Shown here in pieces: positions 43,807 to 52,863 of a stretch of DNA of 64,000 nt. The notes beneath the pieces were generated by a model, which was given only the letters and a program-made list of their open reading frames with translations, ran no database searches and had not been told where the DNA came from. Each line of letters opens with the position of its first letter. Position 1 is the first letter of the stretch. This DNA is from Gammaproteobacteria bacterium. Its GTDB lineage: Bacteria; Pseudomonadota; Gammaproteobacteria; Steroidobacterales; Steroidobacteraceae. The stretch lies in NCBI GenBank assembly GCA_016707425.1, contig JADJHU010000018.1, positions 11,980-75,979 of the forward strand, given 5' to 3'. Made by a program: the position numbers and the translations under genes.

Positions 43807-44582
43807 GGACCGCGCCCATGAGTCTCGAGGGGCGCACCGCCATCGTCACCGGCGCAGGCTCGGGCATTGGGGCTGCGATCGCACGACGCCTGGCCGGAGC
43901 CGGCGCTCGAGTGATCGCGGCAGACATTCGGACCGAGGCCGTCGAGACACTGGCCGCCGGGACCCGGGAGGTCACGGCGTGCCGCTGTGATGTCACGCAT
44001 GCGGCCGAGGTCGATGCGCTGGTCGGGAGCGCCGTCGAGCGCTTTGGGCGGCTCGATGTGATGGTCAACAACGTCGGGCAGTCGATCGCCGGCTGGCTGA
44101 AGGATGCGACGGACGAGGAGTGGCAGCGGGTGCTCGCGCTGACGCTCTCCTCGGCGTTCTACGGCGTGCGCGCTGCGCTTCGCGTCATGCTGCCTCGGGG
44201 TTCCGGGAGCATCATCAATATTTCGTCGGGTGCAGGCTTTGGCGGCTCGCCGGGTCTTGCCACCTACGGGGCGGCGAAAGCCGGTGTCAACAATCTCACT
44301 CAGTCGGCGGCCGTGGAGAATGCCCGAAGCGGCGTACGCATCAATGCCATCTCGCCCGGAGCGATCGAGACACCTGCGATTCTTGCCTGGGCACGGAGCC
44401 TTCCGGGTGGAGTACCCGCCTATGAGGCGACGCTGCTGCCGGGGCGCTTCGGGAGGCCGGACGAGATTGCTGCGGCCGCACTCTTTCTCGCGTCCGACGA
44501 GGCGAGCTTCGTAAACGGCGCGGTGCTGCCGGTGGACGGGGCCGCATCCGCACGCATGCCGGCCATCGAGGTGCCCAAGTAG
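43803..44582 (+). CDS. SDR family oxidoreductase
   Basis: ATGA overlap with the upstream SDR. GRTAIVTGAGSGIGAAIA, NNVG, YGAAKAG and PGAIETP. Confidence 0.85.
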   Translation: MRTAPMSLEGRTAIVTGAGSGIGAAIARRLAGAGARVIAADIRTEAVETLAAGTREVTACRCDVTHAAEVDALVGSAVERFGRLDVMVNNVGQSIAGWLKDATDEEWQRVLALTLSSAFYGVRAALRVMLPRGSGSIINISSGAGFGGSPGLATYGAAKAGVNNLTQSAAVENARSGVRINAISPGAIETPAILAWARSLPGGVPAYEATLLPGRFGRPDEIAAAALFLASDEASFVNGAVLPVDGAASARMPAIEVPK

Positions 44583-44611
44583 CCGCGCGCCTCCAGTATG
44601 GCTGGGCCATC

Positions 44612-45799
44612 GTGGCCGTTGCCTTTCTCGCGCAACTGCTGGCGATGGGCACGACAGCCTATGGCTTCGGCTTGCTCGTCAAGCCGATGGCTGCCGAATA
44701 CGGACTGTCGCGCGCTGATGTCAACAGTGGCCTGATCCTGCTGCTCGTTGGCATGGCTGCGGCCTCGCCCTTCATCGGCCGGGCCTTCGATCGGCTGCCA
44801 GGCCGCGTGCTGTTTGCCGGCGCGGCGCTGGTATTCGGCCTCGGCTGTGCGGCCGTCGCCGCGACGCGATCGCTGTGGCTGATGGCTGCGGCGACGGTTC
44901 TGCCACTGGCGATCGGAGCGGCCGCGCTGGGTCCGCTGGCCGGCTCGACGCTCATTGCGCGCTGGTTCGATCATCACCGCGGACGCGCTCTCGGCGTGCT
45001 GGCGGTCTCCTCCTCCGCAGGGGGTCTCGTCGTGTTGCCCCTGATGGCACTCCTGGTCGAGGCTCTTGGCTGGCGCATGGCGCTGACCCTCATGGGCGCC
45101 GCGACGGCGCTGCTCATCGTGCCGCTGGCGCTGATGATCATCCGCGAACGTGATCAGGAGGACTCTGCCCGGGAGGACGCGCCTGCGCCAGCGTCCCACG
45201 CGCGGCCAGAGGGACCCGATGTGCGCCGGTGGACGGTGGGGGAACTCCTCCGTGCGCGTGACTTCTGGCTGCTCGCACTCTGTGTCGGACTGATCACGGG
45301 TGTCGATCAGGCGCTGCTCGCTTCGCTCATCGCCCACGGCACGGATCGGGGATTTTCACTGCAGGCGGCCAGCCTTCTGGTGTCCGCGATCTCGGGCTCG
45401 GCGATTGCCGGCAAGCTCATCGTCGGGACGCTCGCCGATCGCATCGACATGCGCTGGCTGGTTTGGACCGTGGCAGTGCTCACCGAGGTCTATCTCGGCT
45501 GTCTGCTTGCGCAAACCGGCTACGGTACGCTCTTCGTCGCGTCGCTCCTGGTCGGCATGGCCATTGGGGGCGTGATGCCGCTCTGGGCGGCGTTCATCGG
45601 GGCCCGCTTCGGAGCCGCGTCGTTCGGGACTGCGATGGGGCTGATGATCCCGGTGCAGATGCCGCTCACACTCACGTGTCTGCGCTATGTGGGGCATGCC
45701 TATGACGTGTCCGGGAGCTATGAGCCGGCGTTCCTCGCCTTCGCAGGCATCATGCTGTTTGCAGCGCTGGCCGTGCTGCCGGTGAGGGTGGCGCGCTGA
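44612..45799 (+). CDS. MFS transporter
   Basis: 395 aa, about 12 hydrophobic segments. The D-R-x-G-R-like loop FDRLPGRV lies after TM2. GTG start. Confidence 0.8.
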   Translation: MAVAFLAQLLAMGTTAYGFGLLVKPMAAEYGLSRADVNSGLILLLVGMAAASPFIGRAFDRLPGRVLFAGAALVFGLGCAAVAATRSLWLMAAATVLPLAIGAAALGPLAGSTLIARWFDHHRGRALGVLAVSSSAGGLVVLPLMALLVEALGWRMALTLMGAATALLIVPLALMIIRERDQEDSAREDAPAPASHARPEGPDVRRWTVGELLRARDFWLLALCVGLITGVDQALLASLIAHGTDRGFSLQAASLLVSAISGSAIAGKLIVGTLADRIDMRWLVWTVAVLTEVYLGCLLAQTGYGTLFVASLLVGMAIGGVMPLWAAFIGARFGAASFGTAMGLMIPVQMPLTLTCLRYVGHAYDVSGSYEPAFLAFAGIMLFAALAVLPVRVAR

Positions 45800-46029
45800 G
45801 AAGGGTGCGCGCCGTCACCCAGGTTCGGACCTTCACCGGCCAGACGGCGCCTATCAGCCAACGGCCTGGCCGCTGCCCACACCCGCGCCCACACCGGGCC
45901 CAACCCGCGCGCAGCGGCTCAGCTCAGCGCCACGAGGCGCACGCGCGGGCCACGCCGCACGGACGCCAGGCCACGCGCCGCCAGCAACACCACCCGGCAC
46001 TCCGGCTCGACCCCTCCTCCCAGCTCACG

Positions 46030-46041
46030 CCCCCCCCCCCC
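46030..46041. repeat. Homopolymer C12
   Basis: Counted directly in the sequence. Confidence 0.95.
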
Positions 46042-46127
46042 ACCCGATCCGGGTCCCGGCCTGTGCCCAAGCGACTTCGACCCCACAGCCCGCCCCACGC
46101 CGTCAGTTCCAGACCCCCCGCACGCAG

Positions 46128-46155
46128 CCCCCCCCCCCCCCCCCCCCCCCCCCCC
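46128..46155. repeat. Homopolymer C28
   Basis: Counted directly. The run ends 46 nt upstream of the CoA-transferase ATG (46202) and 35 nt upstream of its AGGAGG. Confidence 0.95.
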
Positions 46156-46201
46156 GTGCCGGAGACAGCATGGCGGCAGGCGCAACACGTAGGAGGCACT
46201 C

Positions 46202-47419
46202 ATGACCCTGGCACTGGAAGGCATTCGCGTCCTCGACTGGACCATCTGGCAGCAGGGACCCATCGGCACGGCGCTGCTCGGCGATCTTGGGGCGGAGGTC
46301 ATCAAGCTCGAGGCGCTCGAGGGCGACCCGGGCCGTGGTCTGGTGCGCCTCTCTGGTATGGGTCTCGCAGAACGCCCGAACTTCTACATCGAGGCGAACA
46401 ACCGCAACAAGAAGAGCCTTGCGCTCGACCTGAAGAAACCGGAAGCGCGCGAGATCGTCCACGAACTCGTGAAGCGCGCGGATGTCTTCGCACAGAACTT
46501 CCGCGTCGGAGTGGCCGAGCGTCTCGGACTCGACTACGAGACTCTGCGTGACCACAACCCGAGGCTCATCTATGCGCACGCGACGGGCTTCGGGCCCAAG
46601 GGCCCCGAGGCCGCCGTGGCCGCGATGGACCAGATGGGCATTGCCCGATCGGGGCTCATGCTCGCAGTGGGCGAGCCCGACGCCCCACCGCAGCAGATCG
46701 CCGGCGGCATCGCGGACCAGATGAGCGGCATCATGCTCGCCTGGGGCGTGCTCGCCGCCTTGGTCGCACGTGAGCGTCATGGCATGGGGCAGAAGGTCGA
46801 CGTGTCCCAACTCGGATCGATGGCGCTCCTGCAGGGGCTCAATCTCTCCGCCAGGCTCATGCTGGGGACAGCGATCCCGCGCGTGCGCCGCAGCGAGTCG
46901 GCAAATCCGCTCTGGAATCACTACCGCTGCGCGGACGGGCTCTGGCTCGTGCTCGGCATGGCACAGGGCGAGCGCCATTGGGCGGCATTCTGTCGCGCCC
47001 TCGGCGCTCCTGAGATCGAAGGCCTGTGGAGCGGGGCTCGCGCGTCGGCTGCGAGCGGCGATGCGGCCGCCACGGCGGCCGTGGCAGCGCTCGATGAGCG
47101 CTTTGCCAGCCGCCCGCGTGCGGAGTGGCTGGCGCAGCTGCGCGCCGCGAGCGCGGATTTCATCGTCGCACCGGTCAATCGCCTGGAAGATCTCCCGGAT
47201 GATCCCCAGGTACGGGCCAACGAGTACGTCACGGAGTTCGATCATCCCCAGCACGGTCCGACACGCATGGTTGGTTTCCCGGTGGGACTCTCCGCGACGC
47301 CGGCATCCATCCGGGCTGCGGCGCCTGAGCTCGGACAGCATACGGAGGAGGTGCTGCAGGAGTTGCTCGGTTACGACTGGGAGCGCATCGGACACCTGCG
47401 TGCGCGCGGCGTGATCTAG
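46202..47419 (+). CDS. CaiB/BaiF family (class III) CoA-transferase
   Basis: 405 aa. GIRVLDWTIWQQGPIGTALLGDLGAEVIKLE is the family N-terminal signature. Confidence 0.9.
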   Translation: MTLALEGIRVLDWTIWQQGPIGTALLGDLGAEVIKLEALEGDPGRGLVRLSGMGLAERPNFYIEANNRNKKSLALDLKKPEAREIVHELVKRADVFAQNFRVGVAERLGLDYETLRDHNPRLIYAHATGFGPKGPEAAVAAMDQMGIARSGLMLAVGEPDAPPQQIAGGIADQMSGIMLAWGVLAALVARERHGMGQKVDVSQLGSMALLQGLNLSARLMLGTAIPRVRRSESANPLWNHYRCADGLWLVLGMAQGERHWAAFCRALGAPEIEGLWSGARASAASGDAAATAAVAALDERFASRPRAEWLAQLRAASADFIVAPVNRLEDLPDDPQVRANEYVTEFDHPQHGPTRMVGFPVGLSATPASIRAAAPELGQHTEEVLQELLGYDWERIGHLRARGVI

Positions 47420-47434
47420 CCGGAGAGGAACACC

Positions 47435-48307
47435 ATGGCGGTCACTCTGACGGGCCTCGAGGGCAGGACGGCAATCGTCACCGGTGCCGGGCGCATGAGG
47501 AGCATCGGCCGCTCGATTGCCCTGGTGCTGGCCCGTGCGGGCTGCGACGTGGTCGTGACCGGCAGCGGAAGGGCGCCCGAGCGCTACCCTGAGGATGAGC
47601 GGCGCGCTGGCTGGCGCGATGTCGAATCGGTAGCGGAGGAGATCCGCACGCTCGGGCGTCGCGCGCTGGCCGCGGTCTGCGATGTGGCGGACGCCGAGGC
47701 AGTGCAAACACTCCTGGAGCGCGTTACACGCGAATTTGGCGACATCGATGTGCTTGTGAACAACGCCGGATCGGCCTTCGGATCCGACCGTGTGCCCGTC
47801 GTCGATCTGCCCGTTCCCGAGTGGCATCGGGTCATCGCCACGAATCTGCACGGCACCTTCTACATGTCGCAGGCTGTCGCGCGTCGGATGGTGGCGCAGG
47901 GCCGCGGCGGCAGCATCGTGAACATCTCCAGTCTGTCGGCGCGCCTGCTGTCGGCGGATAGCGGGGTCTACGCCGCATCGAAGGCGGCGGTGAACGCGCT
48001 TTCGACTGTCATGGCCGCCGAGCTCGGGCCGCACCGGATCCGTGTCAACGCCGTGTGCCCGGGCATCATCGACACGAGTCGCCATGACGAACTGCGGAGC
48101 ACCGCGCTCTGGGAGAGCGTCATCAGAAGCTTCGTGCCACTCGGGCGCGCAGGCACGGGCGGGGATATCGCCAATCTCGTGGCCTTCCTGTGCAGCGACG
48201 AGGGCGCGTGGATCACGGGACAGCACATTTACATCGACGGCGGCCACGGCTTCACGCCGCGCAGCGCGCCGTCGCATACAGACGGATCATCGCAAGGAGA
48301 CGCATGA
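47435..48307 (+). CDS. SDR family oxidoreductase
   Basis: 290 aa. GRTAIVTGAGRMRSIGRSIA, NNAG, YAASKAA and PGIIDT. Confidence 0.85.
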   Translation: MAVTLTGLEGRTAIVTGAGRMRSIGRSIALVLARAGCDVVVTGSGRAPERYPEDERRAGWRDVESVAEEIRTLGRRALAAVCDVADAEAVQTLLERVTREFGDIDVLVNNAGSAFGSDRVPVVDLPVPEWHRVIATNLHGTFYMSQAVARRMVAQGRGGSIVNISSLSARLLSADSGVYAASKAAVNALSTVMAAELGPHRIRVNAVCPGIIDTSRHDELRSTALWESVIRSFVPLGRAGTGGDIANLVAFLCSDEGAWITGQHIYIDGGHGFTPRSAPSHTDGSSQGDA

Positions 48308-49077
48308 TGGCATGGTGGAACAGGTTCTCTCTCGAAGGCAGGACGGCGCTCGTGACGGGCGGCTCGCGTGGCATCGGCCGTGCCACGGCGGAGTTGCTGG
48401 CGCAGGCGGGTGCGCACGTGGTCGTCTCTTCCCGCAACGGCGCCGACCTGGACGAGGTGGTGAGAGGGATCCGGTCGGCGGGAGGGAAGGCGGAGGCCAT
48501 CCCTGCGCACATCGGGCGGATCGAGGACGTCGAGGCCCTGCTCGCCGAGCTCGAGCGCCGGGCGCTGCACGTCGACACCCTCGTGAACAATGCCGGCATC
48601 AGTCCACTCGTGAAGGAGCCCTTCTCTGGCACCTCGCTCGAGCTCTGGCAGAAGATCATGGACGTGAATCTGCGCGGGCCGTTTCTGCTCAGCGCGCGTC
48701 TCGGGCGCGCCATGGCTGCTCGCCGCTCGGGCTCGATCGTCAACATCAGTTCCACGGGAGCGTTGCGGACGAGCCCGCTCATCGGGGCCTACTGCGTCTC
48801 GAAGAGGGCGGTGAATACGCTCACCGAAGTGTTCGCCAAGGAATTCGGGACGCACGGCGTGCGGGTGAACACGATCAGCTGTGGTCTCGTCGAGACCGCC
48901 ATGGGTGACTGGACGATCAAGGACCAGAAGGCCTACGACTTCACACTGGGCATGACGCCGCTCGCGCGCCATGCCCAACCGGACGAGGTGGCCTATGCGG
49001 TGCTGTTCCTCGTCAGCGGCGCGGCGAGCTTCGTCACGGGCGCTAATCTCGCCGTGGACGGCGGGACGGGCATCTAG
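48304..49077 (+). CDS. SDR family oxidoreductase
   Basis: ATGA overlap with the upstream SDR. GRTALVTGGSRGIGRA, NNAG and YCVSKRA. Confidence 0.85.
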   Translation: MMAWWNRFSLEGRTALVTGGSRGIGRATAELLAQAGAHVVVSSRNGADLDEVVRGIRSAGGKAEAIPAHIGRIEDVEALLAELERRALHVDTLVNNAGISPLVKEPFSGTSLELWQKIMDVNLRGPFLLSARLGRAMAARRSGSIVNISSTGALRTSPLIGAYCVSKRAVNTLTEVFAKEFGTHGVRVNTISCGLVETAMGDWTIKDQKAYDFTLGMTPLARHAQPDEVAYAVLFLVSGAASFVTGANLAVDGGTGI

Positions 49078-51199
49078 ATCGCCGCGGCGACCTCCGCGGC
49101 GCTGCGCATCGCACCCTCGATGTAACTCACGCCGCGGCAGTCGCCGACCACGTGCACCGCGAAGCTCGCCGCGCGCAGCTGCTCCGCGAGCGCCAGGTCT
49201 CCGCTCGCGCCCTTGGCGACGATGACGTGATCAGCCAGGATCGCGGCACCCTGGCCTGCGGCATCCGTGAAGCGCACGCACTCGGCCTCGATGCGGATAT
49301 CGCTCGCGCCAGCACGCAATGTGACGCCGTGCTCTTCGAGCTCTTCGATGAGGCGCATACGTCGCACGATCGTGAGACCTGCTCCGAGTCGCGGGACGTC
49401 ATCGACCACTCCCACCGTGCGACCACGCTCGCTCAGGAACTCGGCCAGTTCGAGGCCGACGAGCTCGCCGCCGACGATGGCGATGCGCTTGCCGAGTGGC
49501 ATCCACTGGTGCGTCGCCCTGCGTACGAAGTCGAGGTTGGCCGTCATGCCGGTGGCGGCGCCGATCTTCGTCGCGAGCCGCGTCGTCCAGCCGGTCTTCT
49601 TCTCCAGGGCCTCCGAGCTCTCTCCCAGTACGAGTCGCCGCAGATCGTCGCCGCTGAAGACGTGAGGGAGATCACTGCCCGGGATCGGGGGCATGCTGCG
49701 ACGGGCGCCGGTTGCGACGACGACCGCATCTGCCGAGAGAGATCGCAGGAGTTCGGGCGTCGCAACCGTGCCGAGGCGTACTTCCACGTGCGAGGCTTCG
49801 ACCTGGCGCGCGAGCCAGTCGAGCAGCCGCTCGTTGGCAGCGTAAGCCAGTGCCGCGAAGCGGAGCGTTCCACCCAGCTGATCACCACGCTCGAGCAGCA
49901 CGACCTCGTGCCCGGCGCGATCGAGGCGGCGCGCTGCTTCCATGCCGCCGGGTCCGCCGCCCACGACCACCACGCGTTTGCGCGTCGCCGCGGCGGGCGG
50001 TGCCGGCCGGAGTGACTCGAAACACGTCTCGGGATTCACGGCGCAGCGCGCATGCTCCTGGATGTAGATTGCGCTGATACACGTATAGCAATAGATGCAG
50101 GGCAGAACATCCTGAGGGCGGCCTTCCTTCAGCTTCCTCGGGAGATGCGGGTCAGCGAGGAGTTTTCGACCCATCGCCACGAAGTCGATGGAGCCGTCGG
50201 CGATGCGCGCATCGCCCACTTCGGGCTCGACACGACCGGAGGCGATGACGGGAATACGGACTGCCGCCTTGATGGCCGCAGCAAAGGCAGGTTCACACCT
50301 GGCTCATGTGGAGTGTGCGAGGCGGAGTGGAGCTTTCCATGGTCCGTATCGTGGTAGGCCGTGACGGTGATCGCGTTCGCACCCGCGTCCTGGGCCATGC
50401 ACGCCGTGCGTTTCGCATCGTCGATGGTGATCCCGCCCTCCTTGCCGACCTCCCGGGAATCGAGCTTGCACCACATCGCAAAGTCGGGGCCGACCGCGGC
50501 GCGCACGGCGCGCAGCACCTCGAGAAGGAAGCGCACACGGTTCTCGAGGCTGCCGCCGTATTCGTCCGTGCGCCGGTTCGAGCGCGGTGAGACGAAAGAG
50601 GAGAGGAGGTAACCGTGGCCGCCGTGGACTTCGACGCCGTCGGCACCCGCACGCTTCGCGCGTACCGCGGCTGCTGCAAACTGATTCACGACGGTGCGGA
50701 TGTCGTCGGCCGTCATGACCCTGAAGTCCACGTTCCTGATCTGGGGTGCGGGTGACTTGGCGATCTCCTCGAGCAGCCACATGCTGCTGACGTCCCTCTT
50801 CGGCGGTTCGGGGAGTGAAGGCACCCAGAGCGGCCGCCCCGCCTTCATGTCTTCGGGTGCGACGAGACCACCGTGATGCAGCTGCAGCGAGAACTTCGCC
50901 CCGTGGCGGTGGATCGCTTCGGCCATCGCCGCGATTCCGGGGATGAAGCGGTCGTCGGAGATCGCGATCTGGCCCGGCTGATTTCCACCGGCCGGCCAGG
51001 CGACGCCTGCCACCCCCGTGTTCACCAGCGCCACGCCACCGCGAGCCTGCTCCTCGTGAAAGGCACGGATACGCTCGCCGCAGGTGCCATCGGGTTCGGC
51101 GAGATTGACGCCCATGGCGGTGACGATGATGCGGTTGCGGAGCTCGAGTGGCCCGATACGGCCGGGAGAGAGGAGGTGTGCGAAAGCTCCAGATGCCAT
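49074..51199 (-). pseudogene. Two-domain NADH:flavin oxidoreductase (OYE FMN domain + FAD/NAD(P) domain, 2,4-dienoyl-CoA reductase-like), split by a frameshift near 50290-50300
   Basis: N-terminal track ORF 50129..51199 (LRNRIIVTAMGVNL, LHHGG, EVHGGHGYLLSSF) decays into junk after ...HTPHEPGV. The expected continuation PAFAAAIKAAVRIPVIASGRVEPEVGDARIADGSIDFVAMGRKLLADP...CIYCYTC...VVVVGGGPGGMEAA is in the frame of track ORF 49074..50219. Confidence 0.75.
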
Positions 51200-51518
51200 G
51201 GCTCAGGCTCCGTGTCTTCGGTGGGTCCCGACCCGAAAATCCTGGCCGGGAGCGGGTGGCAGAAGGATACGCGGTCGGCGTCGACAGGCGCAAAATCTTC
51301 GCGCACGCGATCCCTGCCGCTGCCTGCGGATGGCCGGACTGGAAGAAATCGGCACTTTGCGCAGAGCCCTGATCGGGACTACTCTCAGCGTGACGCCAGC
51401 AATGTGATCGGCGCCGCGACGGAGGGCATGTTCGTGGAGACATTTGAGTGACGGGTGATGACAGGCGCCGGCGCGCGCCGCGCGCGGGACTCCGAAGGCT
51501 TCTGCCGCCAGCGGGCGC

Positions 51519-52856
51519 GTGGGGCGCAGGGAGCTGTTCAGTGCTGCGCTGGCAGGCGGCGCTGCGGCAATGTTGCCGTCGACATCGATGGCGGAAGTGG
51601 CGGGGAAGGCGGCAACGGCAGGCGGGCTGCCCGAGGGCCTCCTGTCCTGGGGGCAGTATCTCGATCTCCTGCGACCGGCTGGCGAGCTCGCGCGCATCAC
51701 GCTGGAGCCGGAAAGCGAGCAGCTTCGCGCGGAGCTCTACCGACAGCTGGCGATGAACCTGTCGTCGGGCTATTTCATGTATTTCCAGTCCGACGCCCGC
51801 TATCCGGACTGGATGCCGTTCCTGAACTCGGTCTTCACTCTGCAGCCGAATCCCGACGATACGTACTGGCTCGCGCATCTGGATGACAAGGGGACCTATC
51901 GCATCTCGGGCACGCGCGGGACGGTGCACATCCTGTCGTTCGTGCTGACGCCGCATCTGATGGGTGGCTCCGACGAGCTCGCCGAGTCTCTAAGCAAGGA
52001 ATCTGCCGGGAAGCCTGCGCAGCCGGCGAACAATGCGGGTTTCCATGATGTAAGCGAGCTCGCGCTCGGTGCCAACGGCGAGTTCGAGGTGCTGCTTTCC
52101 CGACGGCGCCCAGATGGCTACACGGGCGACTGGTGGCCCCTGGAGGCCGGCGTCTCGAGCATCATGGTGCGGCAGAGATCTTACGACTGGGGCAATGAGC
52201 GGGACGCGCGTTTCGCCATCGAGCGGGTGGATCCGATCGCACCCGATGCGCCGTTGAAGCCACGCATGAGTGCGGCGGAGATCGACCAGAGGCTGAGGCG
52301 ACTCCTGGGTGAGTACACGGCGCGGCTTTCGCGCATGTGGCTCACGTACCAGAAGAATGTCGTGGACCGCGGGATCGTCAACCGCTTCGAATTCACGGGC
52401 CTTGGGGGATCGCTGCCGGTGCAGGTGTACTGGCAGGGCATGTACGAGCTCGGACCGGAGGAGGCGCTGATCCTCGAGACCGACATGCCGAAGAAGCAGC
52501 GCTACTGGAACGTGCAGCTCAACGATGCCCTGTGGAATGCCACTGAGTTCATCTACCGCCAGAGCAGCCTGAATGGCCATCAGGCGCGGCTGGACGCGGA
52601 TGGCAGGTTCCGGGCGGTCATCTCGCTGCAGGATCCGGGCGTCTGGAACTGGCTCGATCCGGCCGGTTACCTCGAGGGCATGGTCATCGGGCGATGGTAC
52701 GAAGCGGACTCGCATCCCATGCCGACACTGACGCGAGTCCCGTTCGCGAAGGTGCGCGAGCATCTGCCGCCGGACACGGTCATGGTCACGCGTGAACAAC
52801 GCGCCGGACAGCTGCGCAAGCGGCGCATCGGCGGGCAACTGCGTCGGCGCTGGTGA
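51519..52856 (+). CDS. Unplaced family protein DUFx-4 (short RR leader, divergent copy)
   Basis: GTG start. GRRELFSAALAGGAAAMLPSTSMA leader. Shares EEALILET, DPGVWNWLDPAGYLEGMVIGRW and VTREQR blocks with the other copies. Confidence 0.7.
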   Translation: MGRRELFSAALAGGAAAMLPSTSMAEVAGKAATAGGLPEGLLSWGQYLDLLRPAGELARITLEPESEQLRAELYRQLAMNLSSGYFMYFQSDARYPDWMPFLNSVFTLQPNPDDTYWLAHLDDKGTYRISGTRGTVHILSFVLTPHLMGGSDELAESLSKESAGKPAQPANNAGFHDVSELALGANGEFEVLLSRRRPDGYTGDWWPLEAGVSSIMVRQRSYDWGNERDARFAIERVDPIAPDAPLKPRMSAAEIDQRLRRLLGEYTARLSRMWLTYQKNVVDRGIVNRFEFTGLGGSLPVQVYWQGMYELGPEEALILETDMPKKQRYWNVQLNDALWNATEFIYRQSSLNGHQARLDADGRFRAVISLQDPGVWNWLDPAGYLEGMVIGRWYEADSHPMPTLTRVPFAKVREHLPPDTVMVTREQRAGQLRKRRIGGQLRRRW

Positions 52857-52863
52857 GGGCATC

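Noticed and set aside
45805-46551. 248-aa proline-rich ORF that could be read as a PPPPPPPPP-containing protein
   Set aside because: The poly-Pro is the literal translation of the C28 tract. The ORF overlaps the CoA-transferase gene out of frame and has no RBS or domain signal.
46103-48277. 724-aa minus-strand ORF
   Set aside because: It is antisense to the well-supported CoA-transferase and SDR genes. It has low-complexity Arg/Ala/His composition and ends in a poly-Gly run that is just the complement of the poly-C tract.
50304-51956. 550-aa minus-strand ORF, and the other long ORFs at 9336-10904, 10168-11655, 15466-16662, 28269-30041, 30687-32075, 34957-36285, 36059-37483, 38243-39508, 40248-41726, 41501-42931, 53872-55203, 54984-56429, 56490-57746 and 58619-59836
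   Set aside because: All are antisense or out of frame relative to genes with strong family signatures. All show the Arg/Pro/Gly/His-rich composition of non-coding frames in GC-rich DNA.
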